Origin: a virus
Lineage: Duplodnaviria; Caudoviricetes
Virus record (IMG/VR): IMGVR_UViG_3300012914_000001
Coordinates: 1 to 60,630 of that record
Length of the DNA stretch: 60,630 nucleotides
Reading direction: 5' to 3' (one strand)
In this document: positions 26,903 to 36,058 of the stretch, one piece after another
Layout: each line of letters begins with the position of its first letter
Position numbering within the stretch: position 1 is the first letter of the stretch
The notes under the pieces: model-generated
Seen by the model: only the letters and a program-made list of their open reading frames with translations
Databases searched by the model: none
What the model was told of the DNA's origin: nothing
Made by a program: the position numbers and the translations under genes

Positions 26903-27393
26903 GCTGCACCTCGCGAGCTGATGCGCTCGCCGAGCTCGAGCAGCCAACGGCCGGCGCGTGCCCGCAGCGGCAACGCCGGGGCGAGTGCCGCCGATGCGCG
27001 CTGCTGCAGCTTCGCCGCTCGCCTCGCGGCCTCGTTCGCGTGCACCGACCCTGCCGCTTTCGTCGCCTCGCACTGCGCGCCGACGAGCTGAAACAGGTGC
27101 TGCCGTCCCTCGCGCCAATAGCGCAGCGCGGGGTCGTCGCCGTCGATACCCGGCGGCTGCACGTCCGGCATGCGAGCGGTCGCCTCGTCGAGCAGGTGCC
27201 GCAGCGCCGTCGAGGTCGCGTCGAGCTGCACGCCGATGCCCGCGCAGCGGCCTGCCTCGTAAGCCTCGGTCAGCAGGGTTCGCATCGAGCCGGCGCTGCC
27301 GGGTCGCTCGGCGTCGTCGTGCAGCTGCAGGACGCGGGTCGTTAGTTCCTCGAACAACGCAGCTGTGCTGATGTTCGTCAGTCGTTGGTTCAT
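26899..27393 (-). CDS. Hypothetical protein
   Basis: 164-aa ORF directly downstream of terL. Confidence 0.6.
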   Translation of the reverse strand: MNQRLTNISTAALFEELTTRVLQLHDDAERPGSAGSMRTLLTEAYEAGRCAGIGVQLDATSTALRHLLDEATARMPDVQPPGIDGDDPALRYWREGRQHLFQLVGAQCEATKAAGSVHANEAARRAAKLQQRASAALAPALPLRARAGRWLLELGERISSRGAA

Positions 27394-27437
27394 CGCGGGG
27401 TGCTTCCCGGGGTGAGAGGTGTAGGTGTCGGTGTGTC

Positions 27438-29072
27438 TTATCGGACCGTGTTGGGACCGAGCTTGCCCATCATAGTCAGACCGCCGCTCGCGGCGCCAGC
27501 CTGCATCACGCCGAGCATCATTGCCGCCTGATCGTGCAGCTGTGTCAGGGCATCGACGCGGTTATCGATGCCGCCTGCCTTGCCGGTAAAGTCACGCACT
27601 TCCTTACAGAACGGCGCGATCCAGTCGGCGCCGACGGGCGCCCGCGCCGGCACCCGAACCCGCGACTCGCGCGCTGCTTTCGCCGTCGGCAGCGACCGCA
27701 GCAGCTTGGATCCGCGAGGCACGACGGGCACGACGTACAGCTGCGAATGTGTCTGCGCCGCGACTAGCTCGAGCAGCCGGAACGCGCCGACCTCCTCGAG
27801 CAGCACCGGCGCGCCCGGGTAATGCACCTGCTGCAGGTCGTTCAGAAACTCGAGCAGCTCGAGCGGTTCGAGCCACAGCTGTTCGGCCCACACGACATCG
27901 AGGTTCACCTCGTGCACGAGCTGCTTACGCCGCGTTTCGGGGTCGAGGATCCATCGCTGCGTCTGCCATGCCCATGCGACGACGATACCGCTCGGGTCGG
28001 GTTTGCCGTCTTTCCTGCGGGGTTTCTTCTGACGCGAGCTGTCCTTTCCCTCGATGCCCGGGTCGCAGCTGATCAGCAGCACCGACCCCTCGCTGCGCGC
28101 CGTCGTGTACCGTGACAGTTCCGGGAACAGCTTTTTGCCGCGAGGCCTGACGTCCTGCATCAGGTTCGGCCAGAAGTAAGGGCCGAGCAGCGAGGCCCAC
28201 TCGATAATCGCTGCGACGTCGTACCGCCAAGGGCACAGCGGTTTGCCGCCGACAATGCGTTCGTTACCGTCGTCGTCCTCGATCAGCTCGATGTCCTCGA
28301 GGATCCGCAGCGTAATGATCTCGAACCGAGGCGCGTCCGGATCGGACTCGAGCCACGCTTTAATGCGGCCGATCGGGTCGTCCTCGTCCCATCGTTGCAT
28401 GCCGACGAACACGCTGCACCCCGGCTCGCGGCGCGACATCAGCGTGCCTCGGAACGTATTGAACGCCTCGTCGCGCGCGTTCTGCGACGCCGCCTCGTCG
28501 TGATCTTTCAGCGGGTCGTCGTACAGAATCAGGTCGAACCCCTCGCCGATCCATTGCCCATGCCGCCCGCCGGCGACGAGCTGCCCGCCGGTGCTCGTTT
28601 GCCAGAACGCGACCGACTTGCTCGGGTCGAAATGCTGCGCGGTCCGCTGTTCCTCGCCGACCCAAACCCCCGCCGTCGCGGCGAGCTCGCGCATTTCCCG
28701 GCTGCGCCTGAACGCAATGTCGTTGGCATAGGTGCAGTACGCGACGCGCGGTCGCGCCCGGTACCGCAGCAGCCGCGCTGCCGCCGCCTGAAATATGCTC
28801 GTTTTGAGGTGCCGACTCGGCGCCTCGATAATGCAGAACACGGGCCCGCGCATCGCCCGGTCGAACGCATCGACGAGCTTTGCCATATGGTCGGGCCGAC
28901 GGAACCGCGGCTGATGCAGCGCGATGAACTTGAACAGGTCGAACTCGGCCTCGCGGGTGTCGAGCGCCCGGCGCGCCTTGGCTCGAACCATCAGGTCGCG
29001 ACGCCGCGCTGCCGCGAGCTCGACGAGCGACCCGCCCTCGTCCGTCATGTCGATCGGCGGCGGCGCTATCAC
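27438..29072 (-). CDS. terL: Terminase large subunit
   Basis: Walker A-like IIEAPSRHLKTS, GEGFDLILYDDPLKD Walker B, MQRWDEDD motif, nuclease ISCDPG...DNRVDALTQ; start may be 29072 (GTG) or 29048. Confidence 0.9.
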   Translation of the reverse strand: MIAPPPIDMTDEGGSLVELAAARRRDLMVRAKARRALDTREAEFDLFKFIALHQPRFRRPDHMAKLVDAFDRAMRGPVFCIIEAPSRHLKTSIFQAAAARLLRYRARPRVAYCTYANDIAFRRSREMRELAATAGVWVGEEQRTAQHFDPSKSVAFWQTSTGGQLVAGGRHGQWIGEGFDLILYDDPLKDHDEAASQNARDEAFNTFRGTLMSRREPGCSVFVGMQRWDEDDPIGRIKAWLESDPDAPRFEIITLRILEDIELIEDDDGNERIVGGKPLCPWRYDVAAIIEWASLLGPYFWPNLMQDVRPRGKKLFPELSRYTTARSEGSVLLISCDPGIEGKDSSRQKKPRRKDGKPDPSGIVVAWAWQTQRWILDPETRRKQLVHEVNLDVVWAEQLWLEPLELLEFLNDLQQVHYPGAPVLLEEVGAFRLLELVAAQTHSQLYVVPVVPRGSKLLRSLPTAKAARESRVRVPARAPVGADWIAPFCKEVRDFTGKAGGIDNRVDALTQLHDQAAMMLGVMQAGAASGGLTMMGKLGPNTVR

Positions 29073-29242
29073 GCGCAGGCACCCTCGTCCCATGCGAGGC
29101 CGCAGCTGCACACGAGGTGCCCGCAGTTCCTCGGGTGGCAGCAGTACCGCATCGCGCTGTGATCACAGTCAGGCGGGATCTCGACGCGTCGTCGGCGACG
29201 GGCCCACCCGAGCGCGAGCACCCCCTGCCGCGTCCGCTTCAA
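29069..29242 (-). CDS. Small Cys-rich protein between terS and terL (not in ORF track)
   Basis: 57 aa ..DCDHSAMRYCCHPRNCGHLVCSCG..; 4-nt overlaps at both ends. Confidence 0.45.
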   Translation of the reverse strand: MKRTRQGVLALGWARRRRRVEIPPDCDHSAMRYCCHPRNCGHLVCSCGLAWDEGACA

Positions 29243-29901
29243 TTGACGGCCTCGCCCTCGCGCACGACCCGCAGCGCCTCGACCCCGCCCTCGACGACCG
29301 CCGCGAGCTGCTCGTCGGTCAGGCCCTCGAACTCGTCCTGCGATGTCAGCTTGACGTTTTTCGGCGGCTCGATGCCGTTGTAACGACCGAACGCCTCGGC
29401 CGCATCGAGTGCGACTTTCATTGCCGCGACGCTGCCGTTCTCGAGCATGCGCAGCCGCACGGTCCGGAACGTGAACAGCACCTCGGCGAGCGCCTCGTCG
29501 CGCGCCTGCGGGTTGCTACGGAAAGCGTGCCGCAGCAGCCGGTTCGCCTCGCTCGCGATGTGCTCGACCGTGCCCGGGTGCACACCCCATTTCTGCGCGA
29601 GGGCCTGATGCGACCTGCCCGGTTCCCATGCGCCCGACTGCATCAGCTGCAGGACGACGTCGATTCGCTGCTCGCGCGGCGTCCTCGACGCCTGCCACAC
29701 CTCGAACTCGTTCGGCGCTGCCGGTGTCTCGTGGTCCCGCCCGTCGCGAGCTGCTCTCGGCGACTTGCGCCTCGCTGCTTTGGGGGCTTTCGACCCCTGC
29801 CCTTTCGTCGCGCGCGCGCGTGACCGATCGGCAGCAGGGCGCCGTTTCACCCCCCCGGGTGACTTGGCCTTTCGCCGAGGCGGTTTCTGTCGCTGTGTCA
29901 T
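29239..29901 (-). CDS. terS: Probable terminase small subunit
   Basis: First gene of the late operon, upstream of terL; basic N-terminus, HTH-like LAQKWGVHPGTV, LTDEQL C-terminal motif. Confidence 0.65.
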   Translation of the reverse strand: MTQRQKPPRRKAKSPGGVKRRPAADRSRARATKGQGSKAPKAARRKSPRAARDGRDHETPAAPNEFEVWQASRTPREQRIDVVLQLMQSGAWEPGRSHQALAQKWGVHPGTVEHIASEANRLLRHAFRSNPQARDEALAEVLFTFRTVRLRMLENGSVAAMKVALDAAEAFGRYNGIEPPKNVKLTSQDEFEGLTDEQLAAVVEGGVEALRVVREGEAVN

Positions 29902-30136
29902 CGTTCGCAATGGGAAACGTACCGCGAGAATGCGTCAGGTTCCACGGTGCGCGTTACGGCGACGAGGTCGCACCTAACTCGATCGACTGCGTCGATTCCC
30001 TCTAGGCAGACACGGGTCGAGCAAGGCAGTCTGCGACGCGAGACGACGAGGCGGCGGCTGTCCCCCCCCGGTCACGCCTCGTCGTCGCGCTTATTCGAGC
30101 AGGGGTTTCAGGGCGGGAACAGGGGCAGGCAGGGGC

Positions 30137-31168
30137 ATGACTAACGAGGGCGAGCGGCGAGCGGCTCGGGTGAAACACATTGACCCGGCGGCACTCGCCG
30201 AGCTGCGGACGGCGCTCGACCGCGATGGCAGCGGGCTGTCGCTGCACGCGATCGACGTCATCGATTATGCCGAGCACCTGCGCGAGCAGCTCGACCGCAC
30301 CCTCGCGAAAGACTTTCTCGCGCTGTACACGTCGGCACGCGCCCTGACGTCGGCATGGCATCCTGACGTCGAGCGCGCCGCGCTGTGGGATTACGTCGAG
30401 CACCTCGGCCTGCTCGTGCGCCGGCTCGCCCCGCTGTACGACGACGTTCGGATACAGCTTCGGATGCAGCTCGAACTCGACGCGACCCGACGACGCCCGC
30501 TGCCGTTAATCCTGCAGGGCGCAGTGCCCGCCGGCCCGTTCTCTGCCGCGCTGCGGGACGCCGACCCGGCGCTGCTCGCCCTGCCGAGCCTGCTGCCCGA
30601 CGGCGTGCTGCACCTGCCGACGGACAAGCTCGCCGAGGTCATTCAAAACCAGGTCGACTCGTACGCCGGGCGCGGCCTGATCAATCCGGACGAACTCGCC
30701 TCGGTCGAGGTCGAGGTCGAGCCGCTCGGGCCCGACGAGGTCGCCGTGAAAGTCACCTCGCCCGAGCTGCTGCGCCGGCTCGCGCAGGACGGTCAGAACG
30801 AGCGCGCCGACGCGGCCGCCGATGAACTCGCGTTCGTCAAGTTCACCCTCGGCCCGACGCTGCGCACCCGCATCGGCGCCCTGCTCGCGACGGGTCGGTT
30901 CGGGCAGACGCTGCCCGCGTCGCTGCAGACGCTGCTCGTGCTCGGCATGCTCGACGCCGAGGCGACCGACCCCCGAATGCACGTGCAGGACCCGCAGGCG
31001 CACGTCAGCAGCGAGGGCATATTCATCCGGTTCGCGCTGCCGCACGAGGACCGCGCCCGCCGGGCCGAGGTCGTCCGGCTGCTGATGCACGAGCTTGCCG
31101 AGTGGTGCGGCGACGAGGACCCGCTGCACGCGGCGTTCGCAGCTGCAGTCGAGCGCCTGCCCCGATAG
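30137..31168 (+). CDS. Hypothetical protein with possible internal ribbon-helix-helix motif
   Basis: 343 aa, good codon bias; FVKFTLGPTLRTRIGALLATGRFGQT. Confidence 0.65.
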   Translation: MTNEGERRAARVKHIDPAALAELRTALDRDGSGLSLHAIDVIDYAEHLREQLDRTLAKDFLALYTSARALTSAWHPDVERAALWDYVEHLGLLVRRLAPLYDDVRIQLRMQLELDATRRRPLPLILQGAVPAGPFSAALRDADPALLALPSLLPDGVLHLPTDKLAEVIQNQVDSYAGRGLINPDELASVEVEVEPLGPDEVAVKVTSPELLRRLAQDGQNERADAAADELAFVKFTLGPTLRTRIGALLATGRFGQTLPASLQTLLVLGMLDAEATDPRMHVQDPQAHVSSEGIFIRFALPHEDRARRAEVVRLLMHELAEWCGDEDPLHAAFAAAVERLPR

Positions 31169-31179
31169 AATGCCCGGCC

Positions 31180-31473
31180 GTGAACGGACGCCGCCCGACT
31201 AAGCTCGACAGCCCGCCGCCGGGCACCCGCTGCCCGGCGTGTTGGGTCGACCTCGTCATCGACCCCCGGATCGTCGCGGTCTGCCCGCGCTGTTTCGTCC
31301 TCGTCGTCTGCCTCGCGCCCGAGCGGGTGCTGCGCCTCGTGCCCGCTGACCTGCCCCGGCTGTCGCCCGCCGACCGGCATCGCCTGCAGCTGCGGCAAAT
31401 CGCGCTGATCGGCGATGCGTCGCACCGGTGGCGCACTCTGCCCCGAACCCCGTCCCGGCCGCTGCACCGATGA
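31180..31473 (+). CDS. Zinc-ribbon hypothetical protein
   Basis: CPAC...CPRC. Confidence 0.5.
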   Translation: MNGRRPTKLDSPPPGTRCPACWVDLVIDPRIVAVCPRCFVLVVCLAPERVLRLVPADLPRLSPADRHRLQLRQIALIGDASHRWRTLPRTPSRPLHR

Positions 31474-31504
31474 CGTGCCGCATCGGCACGCATGACGATT
31501 TCGT

Positions 31505-31531
31505 TCAAGGGTCGCGCGCCCGCTCCGTTCT
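31505..31531 (+). promoter_or_regulatory. Sigma28-like promoter TCAAG-N14-TCCGTTCT
   Basis: One of five copies; 7 nt before the ATG at 31539. Confidence 0.6.
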
Positions 31532-31538
31532 GATGGGC

Positions 31539-31886
31539 ATGACAACGCCAGCCGACCTCGCCCTCGCCGCGATCGACGACAGCATCGCGGCCGCCGGCGA
31601 CACCGTAACGATCGAGCACACATTCGAAATCGCTGACGAACTCGCCCTGCGATGCGACGGCAACGTCGACGCCTCGACCGAGATGAACCAGGTCGAGTTT
31701 TGGGGCACTACCAAAACGGGGCAGCACTGGCGTGTGCACCTCGTCGGCATCGACGAGTCGGTCGAGGTCGAGGCCGAGGCCGACACCCTCGAGGCGGCAT
31801 GGTCCCGCGACGGCGTCGCCTGCGCCGCCTGCGGTTTCGTCATGGATCCGACCGACACCTGCGTCGCCTGCGGGGTGGCGCTGTGA
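31539..31886 (+). CDS. Acidic hypothetical protein with C-terminal zinc ribbon
   Basis: EFWG...WRVHL; CAAC..CVAC. Confidence 0.65.
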   Translation: MTTPADLALAAIDDSIAAAGDTVTIEHTFEIADELALRCDGNVDASTEMNQVEFWGTTKTGQHWRVHLVGIDESVEVEAEADTLEAAWSRDGVACAACGFVMDPTDTCVACGVAL

Positions 31887-32464
31887 CCGGCCGCAAATGG
31901 ACGTACGAGCGGTACGTCAAATCCGTGTTCGGTGGCGACCCGATCGCTGACTTTGCCCGGCACGTCGCCGCGCAGCTGTCCGGGCCCGACACGACGGGCG
32001 AGATGACCGACGAGCAGGCGCGCGAAACCGTGCGCGCGACCGTCGTGTCGAGCGCCGGCGAGGCCGCAGACCGCCTGCGCGACCGCAGGACGGCGTTCGA
32101 CGCATGGCGGGCGGGCGGGTTCGAGCAGCGCCTGATCGACGAAATCATGACCATGGCGAGGGCGTTCGCCGACGAGGGCCCATGCCCCGAATGCGAGCAG
32201 TTCGCCGCGCACGAGGGCATTTGCGCCGGGCCCGTTGACGCTAGCTATGACCCCGCGAACGACCCGGCCGTCATCGCCGCTGCCGCGCTGCACCCGCCGA
32301 TGCAGCCGGACGGGTTCGAGCAGGTGTGCGCCGCCTGCGGCTGCCTCGGCAAGGTACACCGGTATCTGAACGCGATGTGCCCGCCGACCGTCATGCGCGG
32401 GGTGCCCGTCATCGAAACGAACCACCGGCTTTATTGGCGGCAGACGACGTTTTTCACCCCCTGA
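31883..32464 (+). CDS. Hypothetical protein
   Basis: GTGA coupling; CPEC..H..C and CAAC..HR...C; followed by a terminator. Confidence 0.6.
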   Translation: MTGRKWTYERYVKSVFGGDPIADFARHVAAQLSGPDTTGEMTDEQARETVRATVVSSAGEAADRLRDRRTAFDAWRAGGFEQRLIDEIMTMARAFADEGPCPECEQFAAHEGICAGPVDASYDPANDPAVIAAAALHPPMQPDGFEQVCAACGCLGKVHRYLNAMCPPTVMRGVPVIETNHRLYWRQTTFFTP

Positions 32465-32485
32465 CCGCACCCGTTCCTATATGGG

Positions 32486-32521
32486 CCGCCCGAGATTTTC
32501 TGTCGGGCGGTTCCGCTTTTT
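32486..32521 (+). terminator. Rho-independent terminator
   Basis: CCGCCCGA/TCGGGCGG stem, then TTCCGCTTTTT. Confidence 0.65.
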
Positions 32522-32523
32522 GT

Positions 32524-32550
32524 TCAAGGGTCGAGGCCCGGCGTCGTTCT
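32524..32550 (+). promoter_or_regulatory. Sigma28-like promoter TCAAG-N14-GTCGTTCT
   Basis: Followed by GATGGGC ATG exactly as at 31505. Confidence 0.6.
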
Positions 32551-32557
32551 GATGGGC

Positions 32558-32797
32558 ATGAACGCATCGACGATCCTGTTCCCGAACGTTGAAACCCTCG
32601 AGGTCTATCCCGCCGCGCAGTCGCAGTGCGCGCAGGTGAAAGTGCCCGGCGAGCGGTACCGCCGCACCGTTGCAGACATGTCTTACAACGACGGTGTTTG
32701 GCGTCGCTACACCGGGACCCGCGAGGCGGGCGAGCCGCTGACCGACGCGGAACTCGCGGCGATCGCAGCCGCACCCCGCGTGTGTCTCTGCGGCTGA
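32558..32797 (+). CDS. Hypothetical protein (single-gene cassette)
   Basis: Flanked by a promoter motif and a hairpin. Confidence 0.65.
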   Translation: MNASTILFPNVETLEVYPAAQSQCAQVKVPGERYRRTVADMSYNDGVWRRYTGTREAGEPLTDAELAAIAAAPRVCLCG

Positions 32798-32817
32798 ACC
32801 ACCCTGAAACACCCGCA

Positions 32818-32853
32818 AGGCCCGCCGAGCAATCGAGCGGGCCTCGACGTTTT
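32818..32853 (+). terminator. Terminator-like hairpin
   Basis: AGGCCCGC/GCGGGCCT stem with a GCAA-capped inner stem, then CGACGTTTT. Confidence 0.5.
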
Positions 32854-32857
32854 GTGT

Positions 32858-32885
32858 TCAAGCGTTACCCTGACAGTGCCGTTCG
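32858..32885 (+). promoter_or_regulatory. Sigma28-like promoter TCAAG-N15-GCCGTTCG
   Basis: Followed by TATGGGC ATG (32893). Confidence 0.55.
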
Positions 32886-32892
32886 TATGGGC

Positions 32893-33432
32893 ATGATCAC
32901 GCTGCGCACCTGCTGCCTCGCCCTGCTGCTCGCCGCCTGCGGCGGCGTCGCCGTCGACCCGTCGAGCGAGTACTCGGGCGACGAGGCCGAGTCGCCTGCG
33001 GCCGCGGTCGACGAGGTCGCGCCCGCCGCGCCCGAGCCGGCGCCCGCACCCGAGCCTGCCCCTGCCCCGTCGCCGGCAGCTCCCGTCGACGAGCCGGAAC
33101 CCGCACCGTCGCCCATGGAAGGCGACGACGTCGTCATCATTCTGCCGACGACCGACACGTTCGAGCTGCCCGCCGAACCCTGCACGAGCGAGGACGCGCC
33201 CGAGCCGTCGACGCCGAGCGACGAGTCGCCGGAGTACTCCGACGACGCCGAGCTGCTCGCGAACGGCGAGGCCTGCGACGCCGACTCGCTGTGCGCGAGC
33301 GGGGTGTGCGACCCCGTCCTGCGCGCCGGTGTCGACACGACCGAGGGCTACTGCATCGAGCTGCCCGCCGACGGCACGACCCATTTCTGCACGTGGATGT
33401 TTGGCGCCTGCATCGCACTCGACCGCCGATGA
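32893..33432 (+). CDS. Lipoprotein with Pro/Ala linker and Cys-rich C-terminal domain
   Basis: Lipobox LLLAAC|GG; (PAPE)n linker; NGEACDADSLCASGVC. Confidence 0.75.
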   Translation: MITLRTCCLALLLAACGGVAVDPSSEYSGDEAESPAAAVDEVAPAAPEPAPAPEPAPAPSPAAPVDEPEPAPSPMEGDDVVIILPTTDTFELPAEPCTSEDAPEPSTPSDESPEYSDDAELLANGEACDADSLCASGVCDPVLRAGVDTTEGYCIELPADGTTHFCTWMFGACIALDRR

Positions 33433-33719
33433 CAGCTGAACAATTCGAGGACGCTTGGCGCCGAGGCCGCCGTCGGTTCGACCGGGTCGGTCGCATCGAG
33501 GTGTCGCCCGCGTACGTCGAGGGGTGGGAACGTCGCACGGCAGCGCTGCGGTTCGAGCGCGACCGGTGGCTCGACGTCGTCATGACCGGCCCTGCGCGCC
33601 GGGGCGATTACCTGCGGCAGCAGCGCGTCGACGAACTCGACGCGGCGCTGTGGCAGCTCGCCCTCGTCCGGCATCACCTGCAGCGGATTAACGCGTTAGC
33701 TGCAGCTGACGCTGCCTGA
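33429..33719 (+). CDS. Hypothetical protein
   Basis: ATGA coupling; converges on ruvC. Confidence 0.55.
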   Translation: MTAEQFEDAWRRGRRRFDRVGRIEVSPAYVEGWERRTAALRFERDRWLDVVMTGPARRGDYLRQQRVDELDAALWQLALVRHHLQRINALAAADAA

Positions 33720-34263
33720 CCTGCGCGGCCTCGGCGGCCGCCGTTCGCTCGGCGATCCGGTGCTGCCGCAGCGTGCAGACCGCGACGGCGAGGGCGTCGG
33801 CGGCGTGCGAGCTGCACCGTTTGATGCCGAACAGGCGCTGCACCCCCGCCTGCACGAGGTGCTTTTCGGCGTGCCCGTGCCCGCGCCCGAGCAGCGCGAC
33901 TTTCGCCGACACCGGCTGCGGCTCGTAACACGGGATCGGCTCGGCGAGCGCCGTGCACGCTGCCATGCGCATCATGCCGGTCACGGCGTGCACGTACCGC
34001 AGAACGATGTGCATCGGCTGCCCCGCTCGATCCTGCCCGGCGTGCACCCCCGCCTGCGCCTCGAACCCGAGGGCGTCCGGGCACCATTGGTTCATCAGGC
34101 GGTCGATGCCGACGGCGATGCGGTTCAGCCGCACGCCGATCGGTAACTCGGCATCCGGCTCGCCCATGTCGCCGTACGCGAGCACCCGCGTCGAGGCGGG
34201 CAGCGCCTCGATAACCCCGAACCCGAGCGTGCGAACGCCCGGGTCGAAACCGGCGACGATCAA
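33688..34263 (-). CDS. ruvC: Holliday junction resolvase RuvC
   Basis: AGFDPG..LGFGVI, RLNRI, PDALGFE, AKVALLG.G.AEK..VQ, HAADALAVA. Confidence 0.9.
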   Translation of the reverse strand: MIVAGFDPGVRTLGFGVIEALPASTRVLAYGDMGEPDAELPIGVRLNRIAVGIDRLMNQWCPDALGFEAQAGVHAGQDRAGQPMHIVLRYVHAVTGMMRMAACTALAEPIPCYEPQPVSAKVALLGRGHGHAEKHLVQAGVQRLFGIKRCSSHAADALAVAVCTLRQHRIAERTAAAEAAQVRQRQLQLTR

Positions 34264-34388
34264 CGGAACACCGGCCGCAGCAGGATGCCGACGACGTACG
34301 TCACGCACACGAGCGCGACGCAGGCGACGGCCGCCTGCGGACCCGTCAGATCCGCAGGCAGCCCGAGCAGCTCGATCAGCCCGGTCAT
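34260..34388 (-). CDS. Small membrane protein (42 aa, not in ORF track)
   Basis: AAVACVALVCVTYVVGILL; 4-nt overlaps on both sides. Confidence 0.5.
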   Translation of the reverse strand: MTGLIELLGLPADLTGPQAAVACVALVCVTYVVGILLRPVFR

Positions 34389-34876
34389 GGGTTCGCCGCG
34401 ACGACGGTGCCGTCGGGCAGCGTCATCGCCGGCTCGCCGGGTTCGGGATACCGGTACCCCTGCACGTCGTCGCCTGGAGCTGCCGGCGACGGCTCGTCGT
34501 CGAGGCCCGAAAGGTCGTCCTCGTCGCCGAGGTCGAACGAGCTCGGCAGCCCGAACACCTGCGGCAGCGGCGGCGGCACGTCGGTTTCCGCCTCGTGCGG
34601 GTCGATCTCGCGCGACCGTTGCGTCGGGCTGGCGACCCGGCGTGCCTCGTTCCGTTCGTCGATCGCGAGCTGCAGCGCGTACTGCAGGCCCTGCTCGGCG
34701 CGATCCATCGCGAGCCCTCGCTGCACGAGGGACATGGTTTCGTCGTCGACCTTATCGATGACGGCGAGCAGGTCGAGGCGGAACTCTGAGCTCGCTCGAG
34801 CGATGACCCGCTCGCGTCGCTCGACGAGTTTCGTCAGCGCGGCCTGCACGCGCTTGGCTCGATCGAGCGCCTGCAT
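34385..34876 (-). CDS. Hypothetical protein
   Basis: Helical N-terminus, acidic tail; coupled to neighbours. Confidence 0.65.
   Translation of the reverse strand: MQALDRAKRVQAALTKLVERRERVIARASSEFRLDLLAVIDKVDDETMSLVQRGLAMDRAEQGLQYALQLAIDERNEARRVASPTQRSREIDPHEAETDVPPPLPQVFGLPSSFDLGDEDDLSGLDDEPSPAAPGDDVQGYRYPEPGEPAMTLPDGTVVAANP
34468..34491 (-). repeat. 24-bp dispersed palindrome (exact copy)
   Basis: Exact match. Confidence 0.85.
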
Positions 34877-35262
34877 CAGGCGGCGCCCTCGACGACCGGT
34901 TCAGCCTCGTCGTTCGCCGGCTCGTCGGTGTCATCGCCGGCCGCGGCCGCCTTGCCGTCGCGCTGACGCTTACCCGCGAAACCGTCGAACTCGAGCGCGG
35001 TCTGCGCGTCGACGTTCGCCTCGTGCGTGTCGACCTCGTCGGCAAGCACGCTGATCTTTTCGCGCAGCAGTTTCAGCTCGCCGTTGTATTTCTCGGCGGC
35101 CGCCGACTTTTTGCCCTCGACCTCCTCGGCCTTTTTCAAATACGAGGCGAGCTCGTCGCAGCGAGCTCGCCACTGCTCGTCGGTCAGCCTGACGCGAACG
35201 AGGCCGGTGCCCTCGTCAGTTTTCCCCGCCCGTTTCTCGTTTCCTTTTTTGCGTGCTGCCAT
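34876..35262 (-). CDS. Hypothetical coiled-coil protein
   Basis: VRLTDEQW..RCDELA..; GAGGA SD. Confidence 0.7.
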   Translation of the reverse strand: MAARKKGNEKRAGKTDEGTGLVRVRLTDEQWRARCDELASYLKKAEEVEGKKSAAAEKYNGELKLLREKISVLADEVDTHEANVDAQTALEFDGFAGKRQRDGKAAAAGDDTDEPANDEAEPVVEGAA

Positions 35263-36004
35263 GTTCTCGGTCCTCGTTCTCGTTAGAGCGGCGTGCCGCC
35301 GCGTGCGTGATCCACCCCTCGAAAGTGCGGTCCCAATTACGACCGGCTCGCATGATATGTTCAGCCCGCCGAAACAGATTCGCCTCGGCAGTCAGGTCGA
35401 CCTCGACCTCGAACCCGGCGGCAAGCTCGGCGGCGAGCGCCGCGTGTTGCTCGTTCGGCTGCCACTCGGCGGGCGGCGTGCTGCGCGGCAGTAGCGCGCG
35501 GTACTGCTGATGCCGACGCACCTGCAGCGAGCCGTCCGGCGACCGCTCGATTCGGTCGTCGTCGACGAGCCACGTCAGCGCGACCTCGGCGGCCTCGGGC
35601 TCGACCCCCGCCTCGCGCGCGAGGTCGGCGAGCGGCATGTGCAGCCGCCCGGTGCTGTCGCTGATCGTCAGGATCGTTATCCACAGCAGCCGCACCTCGG
35701 CACTCGACGCAGTCCAGACTGCCGACTTTGGTAACCAGCCGTAGATCGGCGCGTACGGTCGCCGCGTGATCAGCTCGACGCACACCCGCAGCCCGCCCGG
35801 TTCGCGCTCGATGCGGCCTGTCGCAGCGATGCGGTCGACGGCGGCCGCGAGCTCGTCGGCGGGCAGCGCTATGCCGAGCACGTGCACGAGGTCGCCGGGT
35901 TCCTCGAGCCTGATGCGGCAGCGGTCGTCGGCCTGCGCCAGCATCGCGAGCCAAACGGGTTCGTCACGGTGTTCGAGGGCGGGGGGTTTAGCGGGAGTGT
36001 TCAT
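35216..36004 (-). CDS. Replication-initiator paralog (wHTH plus DnaT-like domain)
   Basis: YAPIY..LPKSAVW...RLLWITILTISD..G..LAREAGV; WQPNEQH..FR..NWDRTFEGWI. Confidence 0.6.
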   Translation of the reverse strand: MNTPAKPPALEHRDEPVWLAMLAQADDRCRIRLEEPGDLVHVLGIALPADELAAAVDRIAATGRIEREPGGLRVCVELITRRPYAPIYGWLPKSAVWTASSAEVRLLWITILTISDSTGRLHMPLADLAREAGVEPEAAEVALTWLVDDDRIERSPDGSLQVRRHQQYRALLPRSTPPAEWQPNEQHAALAAELAAGFEVEVDLTAEANLFRRAEHIMRAGRNWDRTFEGWITHAAARRSNENEDREHGSTQKRKRETGGEN

Positions 36005-36058
36005 GTCGGTTTCTTTCTTCTGTGGGCCGGGTGGCCCGGGTCATCTGATCAGAGTCGC

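Noticed and set aside
28795-28830. terL Walker A variant PSRHLKT as a sign of inactivation
   Set aside because: The catalytic Arg and Lys-Thr are retained, and PxRxLKS/T variants occur in this terminase group
31883-32464. YozE-like assignment from DPIADFARH
   Set aside because: Motif too short to support the call without a profile search
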